Shown: positions 1 to 11,400 of the stretch, piece after piece
How positions within the stretch are numbered: the first letter of the stretch is position 1
Layout of the letters: every line of letters starts with the position of its first letter
NCBI GenBank assembly: GCA_002633005.1
Contig: NMRA01000007.1
Location: 1,605,697-1,669,696, forward strand
DNA from: Phoronis australis
Lineage: Eukaryota > Animalia > Phoronida
DNA: 64,000 nucleotides
Direction: 5' to 3'
Translations under genes and position numbers: made by a program
Notes under the pieces: model-generated
Told to the model about the DNA's origin: nothing
Seen by the model: only the letters and a program-made list of their open reading frames with translations
Databases searched by the model: none

Positions 1-229
1 TAGACCTCTTGAAGTTATTGTTGGATGGGATAGACCTCTTGAAGTTATTGTTGGATGGGATAGACTTCTTGAAGTTATTGTTGGATGGGATAGACTTCTT
101 GAAGTTATTGTTGGATGGGATAGACTTCTTGAAGTTATTGTTGGATGGGATAGACTTCTTGAAGTTATTGTTGGATGGGATAGACTTCTTGAAGTTATTG
201 TTGGATGGGATAGACTTCTTGAAGTTATT
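1..229. repeat. 30-bp tandem minisatellite (TAGACTTCTTGAAGTTATTGTTGGATGGGA), 7 full units plus a partial one, truncated by the window start
   Basis: Exact 30-nt periodicity is visible; units 1-2 carry a C/T variant. It produces the spurious LKLLLDGIDF repeat ORF at 9..290. Confidence 0.97.
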
Positions 230-735
230 AGCTTTGATCACAGCTATTAAACAACAAAATCCATTGTTTTTGCGAGTGTATTTCAAATAGCCAATTCTCG
301 ACTTCCAGACATTCGCTGAAAACAAGGCCGGTACTGCTATTTACCGCGCGGTATTGTGGCTCAGCGGCCGCGTCGTGTGTGCGTTGACCTTGGGCGATCA
401 TTTTAAACTCCCACAATATATCGAAAATTTTGTAACTACTTGCAGTGATGTACAGCGACTAAGTAGGATCAGATCAGAACAAATCAACAAATCAACGCGG
501 AGAGCATTCTAACACTATTTACAAAGCATAATGTATATTTTTCTGACTTTTTCCGCTTGCACACATTATTTAATGTTGATAACAAAGATGTCAACATATC
601 ACAGAAGACCAGTTGTCCGCATAATACTGTATTATGGAATTTCGTGAAATCCATTGAAGCTCTGGCTTCAGAATCAGGCTAATACTCTTTCAAGAGAGAT
701 CTAAACACCGTCACCCATTTTATATTTCGTACAAA
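200..735 (+). mobile_element. Copy of the dispersed Kolobok-like element also present at 23732-24632
   Basis: High similarity to about 23776-24306 (gctttgatcacagctattaaacaacaaaatccattg ... cacccatttt ... cgtacaaa). Confidence 0.8.
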
Positions 736-1188
736 GTCAAACCCTACTTCTATACCTTAACTTTCCGCACTTGAAAATTAACCTCTTTTTATCAAAATCG
801 AATTTTAGTTCATGGCTCTGATCGGCTTGGCATCCTCAGTCGTCGACTGTGGTTCGTGGTCATAGAGGCCTTGACATTGTCGCCCTCTCTCTGGCTAGTT
901 GGAGATAGGAACCACACCTCGCTCAGATACATCGTCAAGTATATCACTTGTGGGAAGTTCGGACACGTAGCTTTACGTGAGTAGTCCGGTCGATAATAGC
1001 CGACCGCCATGTAAGGGTTTACTACAACACTAAAACTAAGAACGTAAATTCAGTGGCACTGGAAATCGAACTATTCGTGGTTTTGTCCATCCAATGTTTT
1101 TTCACCAAAGGATTATTATTTTTTTATCATTGAGATTGGTTAGTTTCTTTTTAAAAGGGAAAAAATAAACGACCAGTGTGCAACGACT

Positions 1189-1600
1189 CAGGGGCGGATC
1201 TACGTTTTCAGTAAGGGGGGGGTTTAGGATTCCCGCAAAGGTCGAATCCGAGGCACGTGGCGCCGAGAGGGGGGAGGTCGGGAGGGGGGTTTCCCCCCTC
1301 CGTGTAAGACCATTTTTTTGTTTTTGTAGCCAAATAGTGAAATTTCCATGCATCCTGGTAAGTTTCTGGCACTAATAACATGTCTCTTGAGTTTTTCTTA
1401 AGATAATTTAAAACCCTTCTCGATTTCGTCGCATGAACGTGGCTCACAAGTTTCGTGAAATCATATTTGTGCACATCTGGGTATGAATTACGCCACCAGC
1501 AAAAATTTTTGTTGGAACATCTGCTTATACACACCTTTTTAGCATACGAAAAGTCGTATATGAAAAAGTGTGGTGTGTGTGGGGGGTTAGACAACTACCA
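1189..1600 (+). mobile_element. PIF/Harbinger-like MITE (CAGGGGCGGATC terminus); right end not defined
   Basis: Starts caggggcggatctac, with the G-rich interior shared by the related copies at 3611, 16759, 38732, 52045 and 63879. Confidence 0.55.
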
Positions 1601-1929
1601 AATATTCAAGAGCATAAGGAGCACCCGACGGGGAGTAAAACATTGAATAACAGATGATCGCGTAACAGCAGCCTCAAGTTGTTTAAGAACGAAGACCTGT
1701 ACTGTTAGTCTGGAAATAAACATGTGTTCTGTCTAATTATGAGAAAAACTGGCAAACGATGGTGCTCTCAGCTCATAGTATATTATTAAAAGCGACAATA
1801 AACAATTAGGTATCACTTCATTAAGCTGAATCACGTTGACCACAATTGAAAAACGTCAAATGTATCTGGAAACGAATCAGCTGAAAACAGTTTCAAGAAA
1901 CCAAAACATTCTGTACATCGTGGTGAAAA

Positions 1930-2215
1930 TATAAACAGGACCAGTTCGCAGAGGGACCAGGTGTACACTGAGAGTACACAAAAAGGCCTGGTCCGTCACG
2001 AGACCAAAAGTACACCTGTGCTTATTATCCCTATAAACATAGTTGATCTGTGGCGGGACCAAACAGTACTGGCTGAGATAGATAGTTTTACAAAGCACAC
2101 TTTGGTAAAAAAACATCACAAGACTAGTTCGCCGAGGAACCAGAAGTACACTGAAACTCACTATCTACACAAATCAAGCTGGCCTGGTCCCTCGCGAGAC
2201 CTAAAGTGTACTATG
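1930..2215. repeat. Degenerate array of short motifs (GACYAGTTCGC..GGACCA..GTACACT / GGCCTGGTCC..CGAGACC..AGTAC)
   Basis: The motif recurs about 5 times at irregular ~45-65 nt spacing, immediately 3' of the hAT fossil; possibly its subterminal repeats. Confidence 0.45.
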
Positions 2216-2290
2216 CAAAAAAGTTTGAATTGAAAACTTCTCTCTAGACACTTTTTAATGCCCAGTGGTTGCTCATACATGTATTTTATA

Positions 2291-2882
2291 CATCTGGTCG
2301 TCAACTGCTGCGAGAGGTTGTCTAGGAAGGGTTTTCGCACCGTTCTGTAGTACTCACTGGAAGAAACAAGTATTGAGAACAAATTTAACTACGCACTACG
2401 TGAAATCAATTTTGGATATGAAGCAGATAGAGCCAAGTGGAAATACAAACCAGAATCAGTTTTTGTGCGCTCGTAGACCCTCTGCTGTATTGGGTAAATT
2501 TGGCATGACCAAAAATAATTTCTATTTCGTTTTCATTGTACACAAGTATAAAAACCGACATTATGTACAAACTGTGTAGAATCATAACTTATTACGTAGG
2601 TATTTCTCCAGGAACGTTAGTCCTATCCTGCTGTTGTCTGGACTGCCGAGGAATCTGTATATCGGATCCAATGGTTTGCTGCTCTTGGAACCATTCTACC
2701 CAGACATCTTCGACGTTTGTTCCCAACGCTTGCACTTCGTCAACTGCTGTGTCAATGAGCTTGTACGCCTCTACAATGTCAGCATCTCGTTTCGCAGCTC
2801 AGTTGGCACTAAGCCCCCTGAGGTTACCAAGTCCATTCAAAAGACTTACAGCATGCGCAACTAAATTTGATCCGTTCATCAT
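2291..2882 (-). pseudogene. hAT-superfamily transposase remnant (P52rIPK/THAP12/ZMYM1-like); two exons 2882-2596 and 2356-2291; weaker homology may extend to ~3290
   Basis: Minus-strand translation LRGLSAN*AAKRDADIVEAYKLIDTAVDEVQALGTNVEDVWVEWFQE...IPRQSRQQQDRTNVPGEIPT|EYYRTVRKPFLDNLSQQLTTR matches the recalled hAT pattern (LQ..D.DI..AY..I; IPR..RQ.HR.NVP..TP.EYYRR...IPFLD.L..EL..RF). It has an internal stop and a GT-AG intron at 2595-2357. Confidence 0.8.
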
Positions 2883-3610
2883 GGACTACTTCAAACCTTG
2901 ACGATGTATCCCAGGACCCATTTGCATCTCTTGCAATTTTCGAAATAAACGTCCCAGTGTCTGAACGCTTGAAACCCGAAGTACAAACATCAAATAAATG
3001 CCCATGAGCATGGGCGTTTCGTCGGTTGGGCCTTTCTGCGGAAATTCCCAGTATAGAAAACGGCAGTGGTGCTTATTGCAGGTAGAAAGACGGTAGGTGT
3101 TGAGGTCGGCACTAGGGCTCCTTAGGAGGCCCATTGAACATCGCACGAGTCCCGCAAGACTTTGTTGTGAAAATACAGGCTCCCCGCAATTTCTGGTACT
3201 GTAAACTGTTCGCGAATGCGGTCACTTTGTCAATGTGAGTGCCCCCTTGGTCATTCCTTGTATAGACAAAACTTGTTAGAGTGCATCTTCAAACAGACTC
3301 GCGACCAGACCACGGCGCCCGCCACAATAGCAATTCTTCGGAAAACAAGTTTTTTTCAAAAGTATTACATGTACATGTACACCGTATGATATTGCGCAAG
3401 ACAACTTTACTGTACACCACTCAAATTCGAGTTTCAAACGTGTGGGGTGTAATACGATGACACGGCATGACAGATGAGGTAAAAACGTTGCACGTCAATT
3501 CGCCTGAATATCAGGGTTGGGGCACCACAGTATTTCCCTAATCAAATCAAAACATATCTTAGAGTAAAGAAGCTAGTTATCTAAAGAAATCAGCTATAGA
3601 GCTGCTCTTT

Positions 3611-3939
3611 CAGCGGTGGATCCATCTAAAATGCTTGGCTACTTCAGAAGTGTCGTCGGAAGCGCGCGCACAATTGATCTACGGGGTTTTGTCGATGAGC
3701 CACGAAGACTCGAAACGCGTTGATTTTCATAACAGCAATTCACAATGCAAAAAATATATTTTCAGAGTGAACCCCCCCCCCTCATTTTTTTCCAGGTTGG
3801 TTTACTTAGGGTTTACACACGCTGGCGGTGCCGGCGTTTTTGTTTTGCTGGAGACGTTTTTGTTTTGTTTTTTAATTTTTGGGTCCTGGCCCGAGGGGGG
3901 GGTTTAAACCCCCTGAACCCCCCCGTAGATCCGCCACTG
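3611..3939. mobile_element. PIF/Harbinger-like MITE with imperfect TIRs
   Basis: cagcggtggatcc ... agatccgccactg termini. Confidence 0.6.
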
Positions 3940-4324
3940 GTAACGTTTCAGCTTAAATTTGTCTTATACGTAGAACGATATGTGATTTTAGTGTTAGAAA
4001 ATAGGACCGCACCGGCACAAGATGAAAGAGGGAAAATTAGCATAGCAGTTGTATCCGTAAAAGTTCAAACCGTTGCAAACGATATCAACCGTTACAAGAT
4101 CAGCCAGGAAACGTCCAACATGGAGGTGGGATTTACCGCTGCTTTTGACATCAAAGGTATAACTGCAGTCAAAACAGGTCTCAATTCCAAAACTTTACCA
4201 AAGCAGTACATTTAATTAATTTAACATTAATCAGAAATTGTCTCGGATAATTTAGTGAGTTCTATGTCATAATTAACTGGCCATGGAAGTTTTATAATCA
4301 ATGAAACATCAGGCCGTGTGGCGC

Positions 4325-5275
4325 AAGGAAGTTCTACACAGTTATCACTGATTTTTTAAGTTTCGTGTTTTGTGTTTTGGCCATGTCTCCTACAATTCTC
4401 CAAAAATGGAGTCACCGAACCAATTTTTCCGATGCAGCCCAGTAAACAGAGGCACCTCTCGCAAAACTGTGAAATTTACGTGAGTTAATGAAAAGCTACT
4501 TCTAATTAAATTCATGATTGGAATCCATTTGAATACGAATTCATTTTGTTGTACGATGTCAGTTAGATGTTTTAACGAGTTTAATTGTAATTTACCGTTC
4601 CCTGATTTTCTTACCTCGGGCTATGTAAACGGTTTTTTGTATTTTAAGTACCTCAAATTTTAGCGTTTACACGAAAAGTTACATCGTGAATTTTTTCTTT
4701 AATGTTTATTTTGATGCAGATCATGTTTTCTATGAAATAAGAAAAAATAAGGGTCGCTAACAAAGTTTTTACGTAATTTAGGTGAAACAGCGTCACACAA
4801 GAATGCGCAAGTTGACCTTCCCCTAACCGCACTGATTTCAATATGACAAGTCAGTGTCCCCCGCATTTCACTAGCTAGCGACTGAAACGTTGGAATTGTG
4901 AAATGTCTTTAGTTGATGTGAATACACTAAGACGAGATGTTTCTTCTTGAAGGGGTTCTACACAGTTTAAATTTGTGGCTGAAGTTTTCGTAAATTTTCA
5001 TATTTTGCATTTCAGTCTTTTTTTCTTACTGCAAATCTGCAGTCGCCCGAGCACCTCTGGCAAAAATGTGAAATTTACCTGAGTTACTGAAAATTTTCCT
5101 CTGGTTAATCTAATGATTGAAATCCTTTTGAAAACGGATTATTTTCGTTGTACGATACCAGTTTTATGTTTTAACAAGCTTAATTGTATTTTCCGGTTTC
5201 CCGATTTTCTCTCAGCTTGCGTCGGTGTCAGTAAATGTTTTTTTTGTGTGGAGTATGAGCTCCTCAAATTTTAGG
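4325..5275 (+). repeat. Diverged direct repeat pair (~4325-4665 and ~4950-5275)
   Basis: Shared blocks in the same order: gttctacacagtt; gcacctct.gcaaaa.tgtgaaatttac.tgagtta.tgaaaa; gttgtacgat; cctcaaattttag. Confidence 0.8.
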
Positions 5276-6666
5276 TTTTGGCTTCTACAAAAAAGAGACT
5301 ATTATATTTTGCTTGGATGTCCATTGGAGTCACCAACTTCGTTTTTTATCTATTTGATCTCATAAAAAACCAACTGATTTCAATACTAACAATAATTCCA
5401 ACAAACCAAAAGAAGAACCAGATACCACAAACGACGGTGTGAAGCCGCCAGAATTCAAACGTTTTGAAGAAGTGTTAGGGGATCTTGCGGAAAAGGCGTG
5501 AGGTAGTTTAAACTAATCACATTGATCTTATTATGACGTCGATGCTTTTTTTACTCTACGCGCACCTTTGAAGCTGTACTACATTTGTTTTGAACCCGCA
5601 TTAGGATAGATCGGGTATGTAATGAACCCATAAATAATCAGGACTGACACAGCTTCTACCATACAGAATTGCAAGCAAGCACGGATTCAGTCAGACCGCT
5701 CGGCATTATTCTGGATCTACGCCTGCCATTTGTTCTTGACGTCGTTTACTTCAGACTTCGTAAATTGCATTTTGGAAGCGATGTTCAGGATATTCAGATT
5801 GATATCAGAGATCAGTACACTCAGTATTCTTGTAGAAGAAATAGATGTCACGAAGCTCGACACCAGATCTATCATGTCTTCTAAGAGTGGGCTGAGAAGC
5901 GTCGACGAACTGGAGAGGGGTGTGTCAACTCGAGGCTCCTTTCTTGACAGTGGATTCCACGTAAGGTTCAGATTTCTGTTAGATCGAATAAAGAGATATT
6001 ATGCAGCATCGTTACTTCACGAATAACGTCTAACCAAAGTAGTTAAGTCCTAAGTCCGTGACCACTTTTTAACCGATAGTTGATTTGAAGACTCGGCAAT
6101 CACATCACGTAAAATTTGACAATTCATTCGTGGTGCGTGAATTGTTTTCCTTGGTCTTATCATTAAGAACATGATACCAGACTGAAATGAATGACCATGT
6201 TCACCAACGAATGTGGTGAAACCGTAAAATTTTTGAATATGGATAAAAGTGCTCTGGGGACATGTACTGGGCTGTACAAAAAGACGGCTACTGCAACATA
6301 GCTTTTGAATTGAAATAATGTCGAGAGACAAGCTTGGTGGCATAAACAACAATTTCGTCCACATTGCATGGTGAAGTGCCAATTAAAACGGCCCATTACT
6401 TTAATTTGGCTTACTTTATAACAGACCATTATGATGGAGTGCAGAAAGCATGTTGACAGAAATGACGCAGTTTCCATCTCGTCTCTCGCCAGTAAAACAA
6501 AGGTGCATTGTCTTTTATATAGTTAGACGTTTGCAAAAATAATGAGGTTTAAATAGAAAAAAACTCTCACATAGAAACAACGTTGTATATTTGCCCTTGA
6601 GGAGTGGTTAGTAGAACATACTTAAGGTTTTGTCTCATCAGAATGACCCACGTTTTCGTCTTCCAG

Positions 6667-7922
6667 ACACGAGAATCATCAACACCTACACCTTCTTTGG
6701 CGAAAGATGAAGTGCCAGGCACCACTGCACAACAAACCTCTTCGACTGACGATGGCAGTATTAGGGCAAGATATGAAATGGCAGCAAAAACTGACGAACA
6801 AACCTCTTCAACTGACGTTGGACGCATTGTGACAAAAGATGAAATGCCAGTAACAACTGCAGAACAAACCTCGACTGATGATGGAAGTATTGTGGCAAAA
6901 GCTAAAGCAATGTTAAGCAGCATTATGGCAAAATTTAGGGATGACATAACCGCAAGATGGCATGAACGTCAGCTGAAATAAGACATCAGCACGCCTAAAG
7001 AAATCACAGATCCTATCGAACTAAATGATGACAAAGGTGATCATGTCAAAGAGAAGGAGCTGGAGGCGACGATGACTCTAGATCCTGCAACTGTTAACAC
7101 GTCGACCACAAGTACTCCCCAAGAAAATACCATGAGGAACACTGATGAAAATATTACACGTATTGGTTCTGTAGTTCAGGCAAATGACATGGTTGAAAGC
7201 TTTTGGATAGAGAACAACCCGCTTGACGAGACCGTTAATGCATACCTTCCTGAGGTCAGAGTCCAAATGTGTGAAAACTCAGTTACCGATATGACCGATG
7301 AGCCACTATATTTTTCTGAAGTAGACGAAAGCCAACCAACCATTAGTGCTGAGAACAGCAGGGAAACGAATATTCTGAGGGGGACAAGGTCAAAAAAGAA
7401 TGTTAGGATATTTCATTAAACAGAGCTGCCATAAGTGAAGGCAGGGTCAAAATGAACTACGAATTTAATGACGTCTCGGACGTGGACGAGAGATTGGATG
7501 GTTCTCTAATTGCCATTCTGAGTGAAAGGGAATCTGTAGCAACTGACCATGAAGAAAACGAAGGTTCCGAGATAGAGGAAGCCGCGCCATCTGTTGCACA
7601 GATAATTCGACGATTAGAAAAATGAGAATCAACAATCTTTTGAGAACATTGACTTGAATAGTGACGCACTCTGGGATGCAAACCCCCGCGACACTTCAAC
7701 AAACGCCGGAGGCTCTAATGACAAATGAAAAAGTGGCGACAACAAAAGAACAGACTACCAATTCCTCTGGTGGCCAATGATTCGTACATGAACGGCGAAG
7801 TTACTGAAAAAGGGAGTGACGATGAAGCTCCTCCAAAAGATGATGTTAAGCTGTCGCATCACCAGAAGTTTCGGAGGTTTTCCAAAGGCCTTTTCTCTGC
7901 GTTCAAAATAAAAAACGACTGA
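6667..7922 (+). pseudogene. Decayed large terminal exon encoding an acidic Ser/Thr-rich, probably disordered protein with three ~22-aa internal repeats
   Basis: Acceptor ttttcgtcttccag ends at 6666. The frame 6667-7419 has one internal TAA (6979-6981), followed by frameshifted acidic segments to 7922. Repeats: DEVPGTTAQQTSSTDDGSIRAR / YEMAAKTDEQTSSTDVGRIVTK / DEMPVTTAEQTSTDDGSIVAK. AATAAA near 8119. Confidence 0.55.
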
Positions 7923-8466
7923 CAGAATTTCGCGGCCACCGTCTCTGTGCTTTGTGAAGTAAAAGAATTTTAATGACATTTAATATTTTCTGGTGAAGGT
8001 GTTCCTATGTGAGGTTTTGTATTTTGTTACAGATTTTTTATTTGGTGAGCCTGTGAGAATCAACAAGCTTTTAGACATATGCAAATGGTTCCGCTGAGTT
8101 CAGTCAGAATGTGCATGAAAATAAAATTACTGTTGCCGAGGGGTTATTGTCGCACTATTTATTAGTAAGACCTGTTAGCATTAGTTCCATTGGGCCTGAC
8201 CCATAATGCACCCCTTCTTCCTGTAAGGTGTTAGTGTGTTTAGACAATAGAATTTTACTATGACCTATGTCGTCTGATTATAAAGTAATCACACCTCATC
8301 CAATAATATAACAGTTATATCTCGCTGGAAAGTGCAGGGCAGCAACTTGAATAACTATATTTCATTCCAGATGTAAAATGAATATCACATACCTGTCGAT
8401 TCGATACATACATACTATACGAGTCACGTTTTCTCATTTATATTAAATGCCATTTAAGAGTTTACA

Positions 8467-11400
8467 TTATGCAACAGTTATTTTTTCCAAAAATTCAACT
8501 TCTGTCTCAACTTTCGTTAGTTTCACATGGTCTTCTTCACTTGAATAGTCACTAGAATCGTCCTTCGTAGTTGGAAGTTCCCTCTTGTACAACCATCTTC
8601 CCCAAATTGACAAGAGAAACACTTCGAAAGCCAGCAGAGAGTTATGAAGAACTGCAACAAAGAGTTTGTGTCCACTGAACGGTGGTGTTAATGCGTCCAA
8701 GTAATAGGCACTTATTTCCTTTAAGCATAATGTTAGACTTCTTTCCTTTAAGCATAATGTTAGTGTTCTTTCCTTTAAGCATAATGTTGGTCGGTTTTGA
8801 ATAGTTTTTTATAATAAGATTAGAAACCTCTCCCGTAAACGTTAGTCTCTGTCTAGCCCAATTGTCAAGTAAAAAGCGAAAGCAAAAAGTACAAGAATAA
8901 CTGATTATTATTCTTAATATAGTAAACATGCATGTCTTGTCACCATTAGTTACTGGTAGAGGTTTTATTATACAGGAATAAAACGAATAACTTCAAGTTA
9001 TTCAGTTGAAAAGTTTTTAGACGAAGCATTCCAGTTGAAAAGTTTTTAGACGTTTCAACTTCTAGTCTTAGGTAGTATATTGGGTTGCAAAGATTTTCGT
9101 TACTTTCACGTTTTCCAGTCCTATAAGTATACGACCTTGTTCCAACGTCGTGTTACAACATTCAACACAGTGTGGTCATTAGTCGTTTTACATTACCGTG
9201 CTCTCTGCACTGTTACCACTAACCTATAGCGCGACCTGCAGGTGAAAATGGCGCAGCACACGGTATCCTGCCCGTCATCGCCACCATGCCGATAATGAAC
9301 GACTGCAGCCTGGTACAGCACAGCATTATGGGAAATATGGCAAACTTGCCCATGGGCTTGAAACCATCCAGGGAAAACCTCACTCCTGTTAGCAGTATGT
9401 TGAGAGTGTACAGACCCAAAAGTTTTGATCCGCCAGTAAACAGGGCGAACCAAAATTGAGCGTTTTTAACTCCAATCTAAAAATACAAAGTTATGAAGAT
9501 CGTAAATTATACATCATTCTGATGTCTTCCAGATATAATAAAACAATAACTAACCAATGAACTTGACCTAACCTGGCAAGACAACTACACGACCTCGTTT
9601 TCTGAACTACCCTTTTAAACAGTAACATAGATTACAAACGAGGGATTCACAAAGTTTAGCCCCCCGTCAATAAATGAACGCTCGTGGTACTTTTTTCTGT
9701 TGTCATTTTGTGACGACGCACACTGGCGGTAGTTCATCATTGCCAGAGTCTACACTCTTTCTCAATGCCACGAGAGGTCGGGGTAGCATTGCGGATTAAT
9801 CGTGTAATACAGCTTTTCATTTGTTAACAGAACGAATTAACACATTCCAAGTGGTTGAAAATAACATTCAAACGATCCATTGGCTGATGCTGAGAAATAT
9901 TCTTTATCTAAACGCGAGACCATGGTGTCGTCCACTATCTTGAGCATTTGGTAGAGTAAACACACCAATTCAAGTGCGTTTCCATATACAAGTGGACGAG
10001 GGAGTAAGGCATGTCAAAACCGACATTTTTCGATAGATTTCGACTGGGTTGTCAAAAGATTGGAATTAAATCATTCCAAACATATTCAGGATTGTCATAA
10101 ACTCATTTTTGTTCCCGTGAGATGTTGATGTTGTCGGTAATAATGCGGCAATATCAGCCACGTTATCACGAAATCCATCCATGATCATAATGATAGCTAG
10201 CCATCGATACAAATGCAGGTCTTAAAATTATTTCATTTGAGGCCACAATGTCATTACACTCACAATCCCATCGATTGATCAGCGAAACCAAAATTCGAAT
10301 GATAAAAGCCAATTCCATGAAGTATTTTCAAACAACCTCTCAGCATGCACGTAAATGTATTATCCATCGCTGTTTTCACCATTTATTTCACAAATCGACT
10401 TGTTTACTCGACGATCTAATGATTAACCGGCGCTACTGCGCACGCACTACACATGTCACTCCAATTCGAAACCGTGGACTCGTGCGTTTCAGAAATGTCT
10501 TTGTGGTTGGTGACTGCTGCACAAAATCAGACTAAATCGATGTGCTCGTGATAAGATTACAAGATATGAAAAAACAACAAAATGAATTATTTTACCTTTC
10601 TAGCTCATTATAGATATGTTTACAACAAACGTACAAACGAACATGCGCATTGATGTCGACATACGGAATTCCGTGTCGTTCGGATTCATCAATTCACAGG
10701 GCCACAATTTCCACACAGTTGACGCTGTGAATATAGAGTGAGGCCCATGAGAAATCTGTATTTAAACACTCGTCGACAAAATCGTACCTCGTCACTGAGA
10801 CGTAATGTTCCATTTCAGGGTAAATTACTTATTTAGTTATATCCAGAAGTTTTAGAGTTTGCTTGCCATCGTATTGTCAAGGGCGTACCCATTAAAACTT
10901 GTTCCTAAGAGTCCCCTTTTATTCACTGGCAGTAGTGAGTATAGCGAGGTCCCGCATGACATTCATGAACGTGGCTAAAAAGTAAGGTAAAGACGTCGAA
11001 CTTACCCCGCCAGGGAGATGACTTCCGTCGTTCCAAAGAAGAATTGCCATTATTAAAACAATGGCATGGACTAAAGGTGACTGTAATATGGATAGCTTGA
11101 TCACCAATAAGTTTCGTCTGAAATCAAATGGTCAAAATTCACAATGAGATGGACCAAAAATGTTAAACATGTATTATAAGACAAAGTATTTTTACTATTG
11201 CAGAATCTGCACACTGAGTGCGCCGCGTATTGATGTATATTTATTACTTACCGTAACACCTCGCGGCACGTTCGAGACAAAAAAATTGCGAGAAAATTCG
11301 AGACCGCGACAGTTTTCACTATGAAAACCCAGCATTGGTTCTTCAGCACCCAATCTCAGTGCATTGCGAGTGTTTACGACAAAAATGCGAGGCCCCGCTT

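Noticed and set aside
1-229. CRISPR-like regular 30-bp repeats
   Set aside because: There are no unique spacers, the units are contiguous, the context is eukaryotic and no cas genes are present
9-290. 93-aa ORF of LKLLLDGIDF repeats resembling an LRR or ankyrin fragment
   Set aside because: It is a by-product of a 30-bp minisatellite in a non-coding transposon, and the homologous copy has only one unit
810-1010. Minus-strand ORF MAVGYYRPDY..., considered as a KolX N-terminus of the first Kolobok-like copy
   Set aside because: Only a vague GVVP resemblance and no Cys cluster, so it is not supportable
2536-2901. 121-aa plus-strand ORF
   Set aside because: Antisense shadow of the hAT transposase remnant
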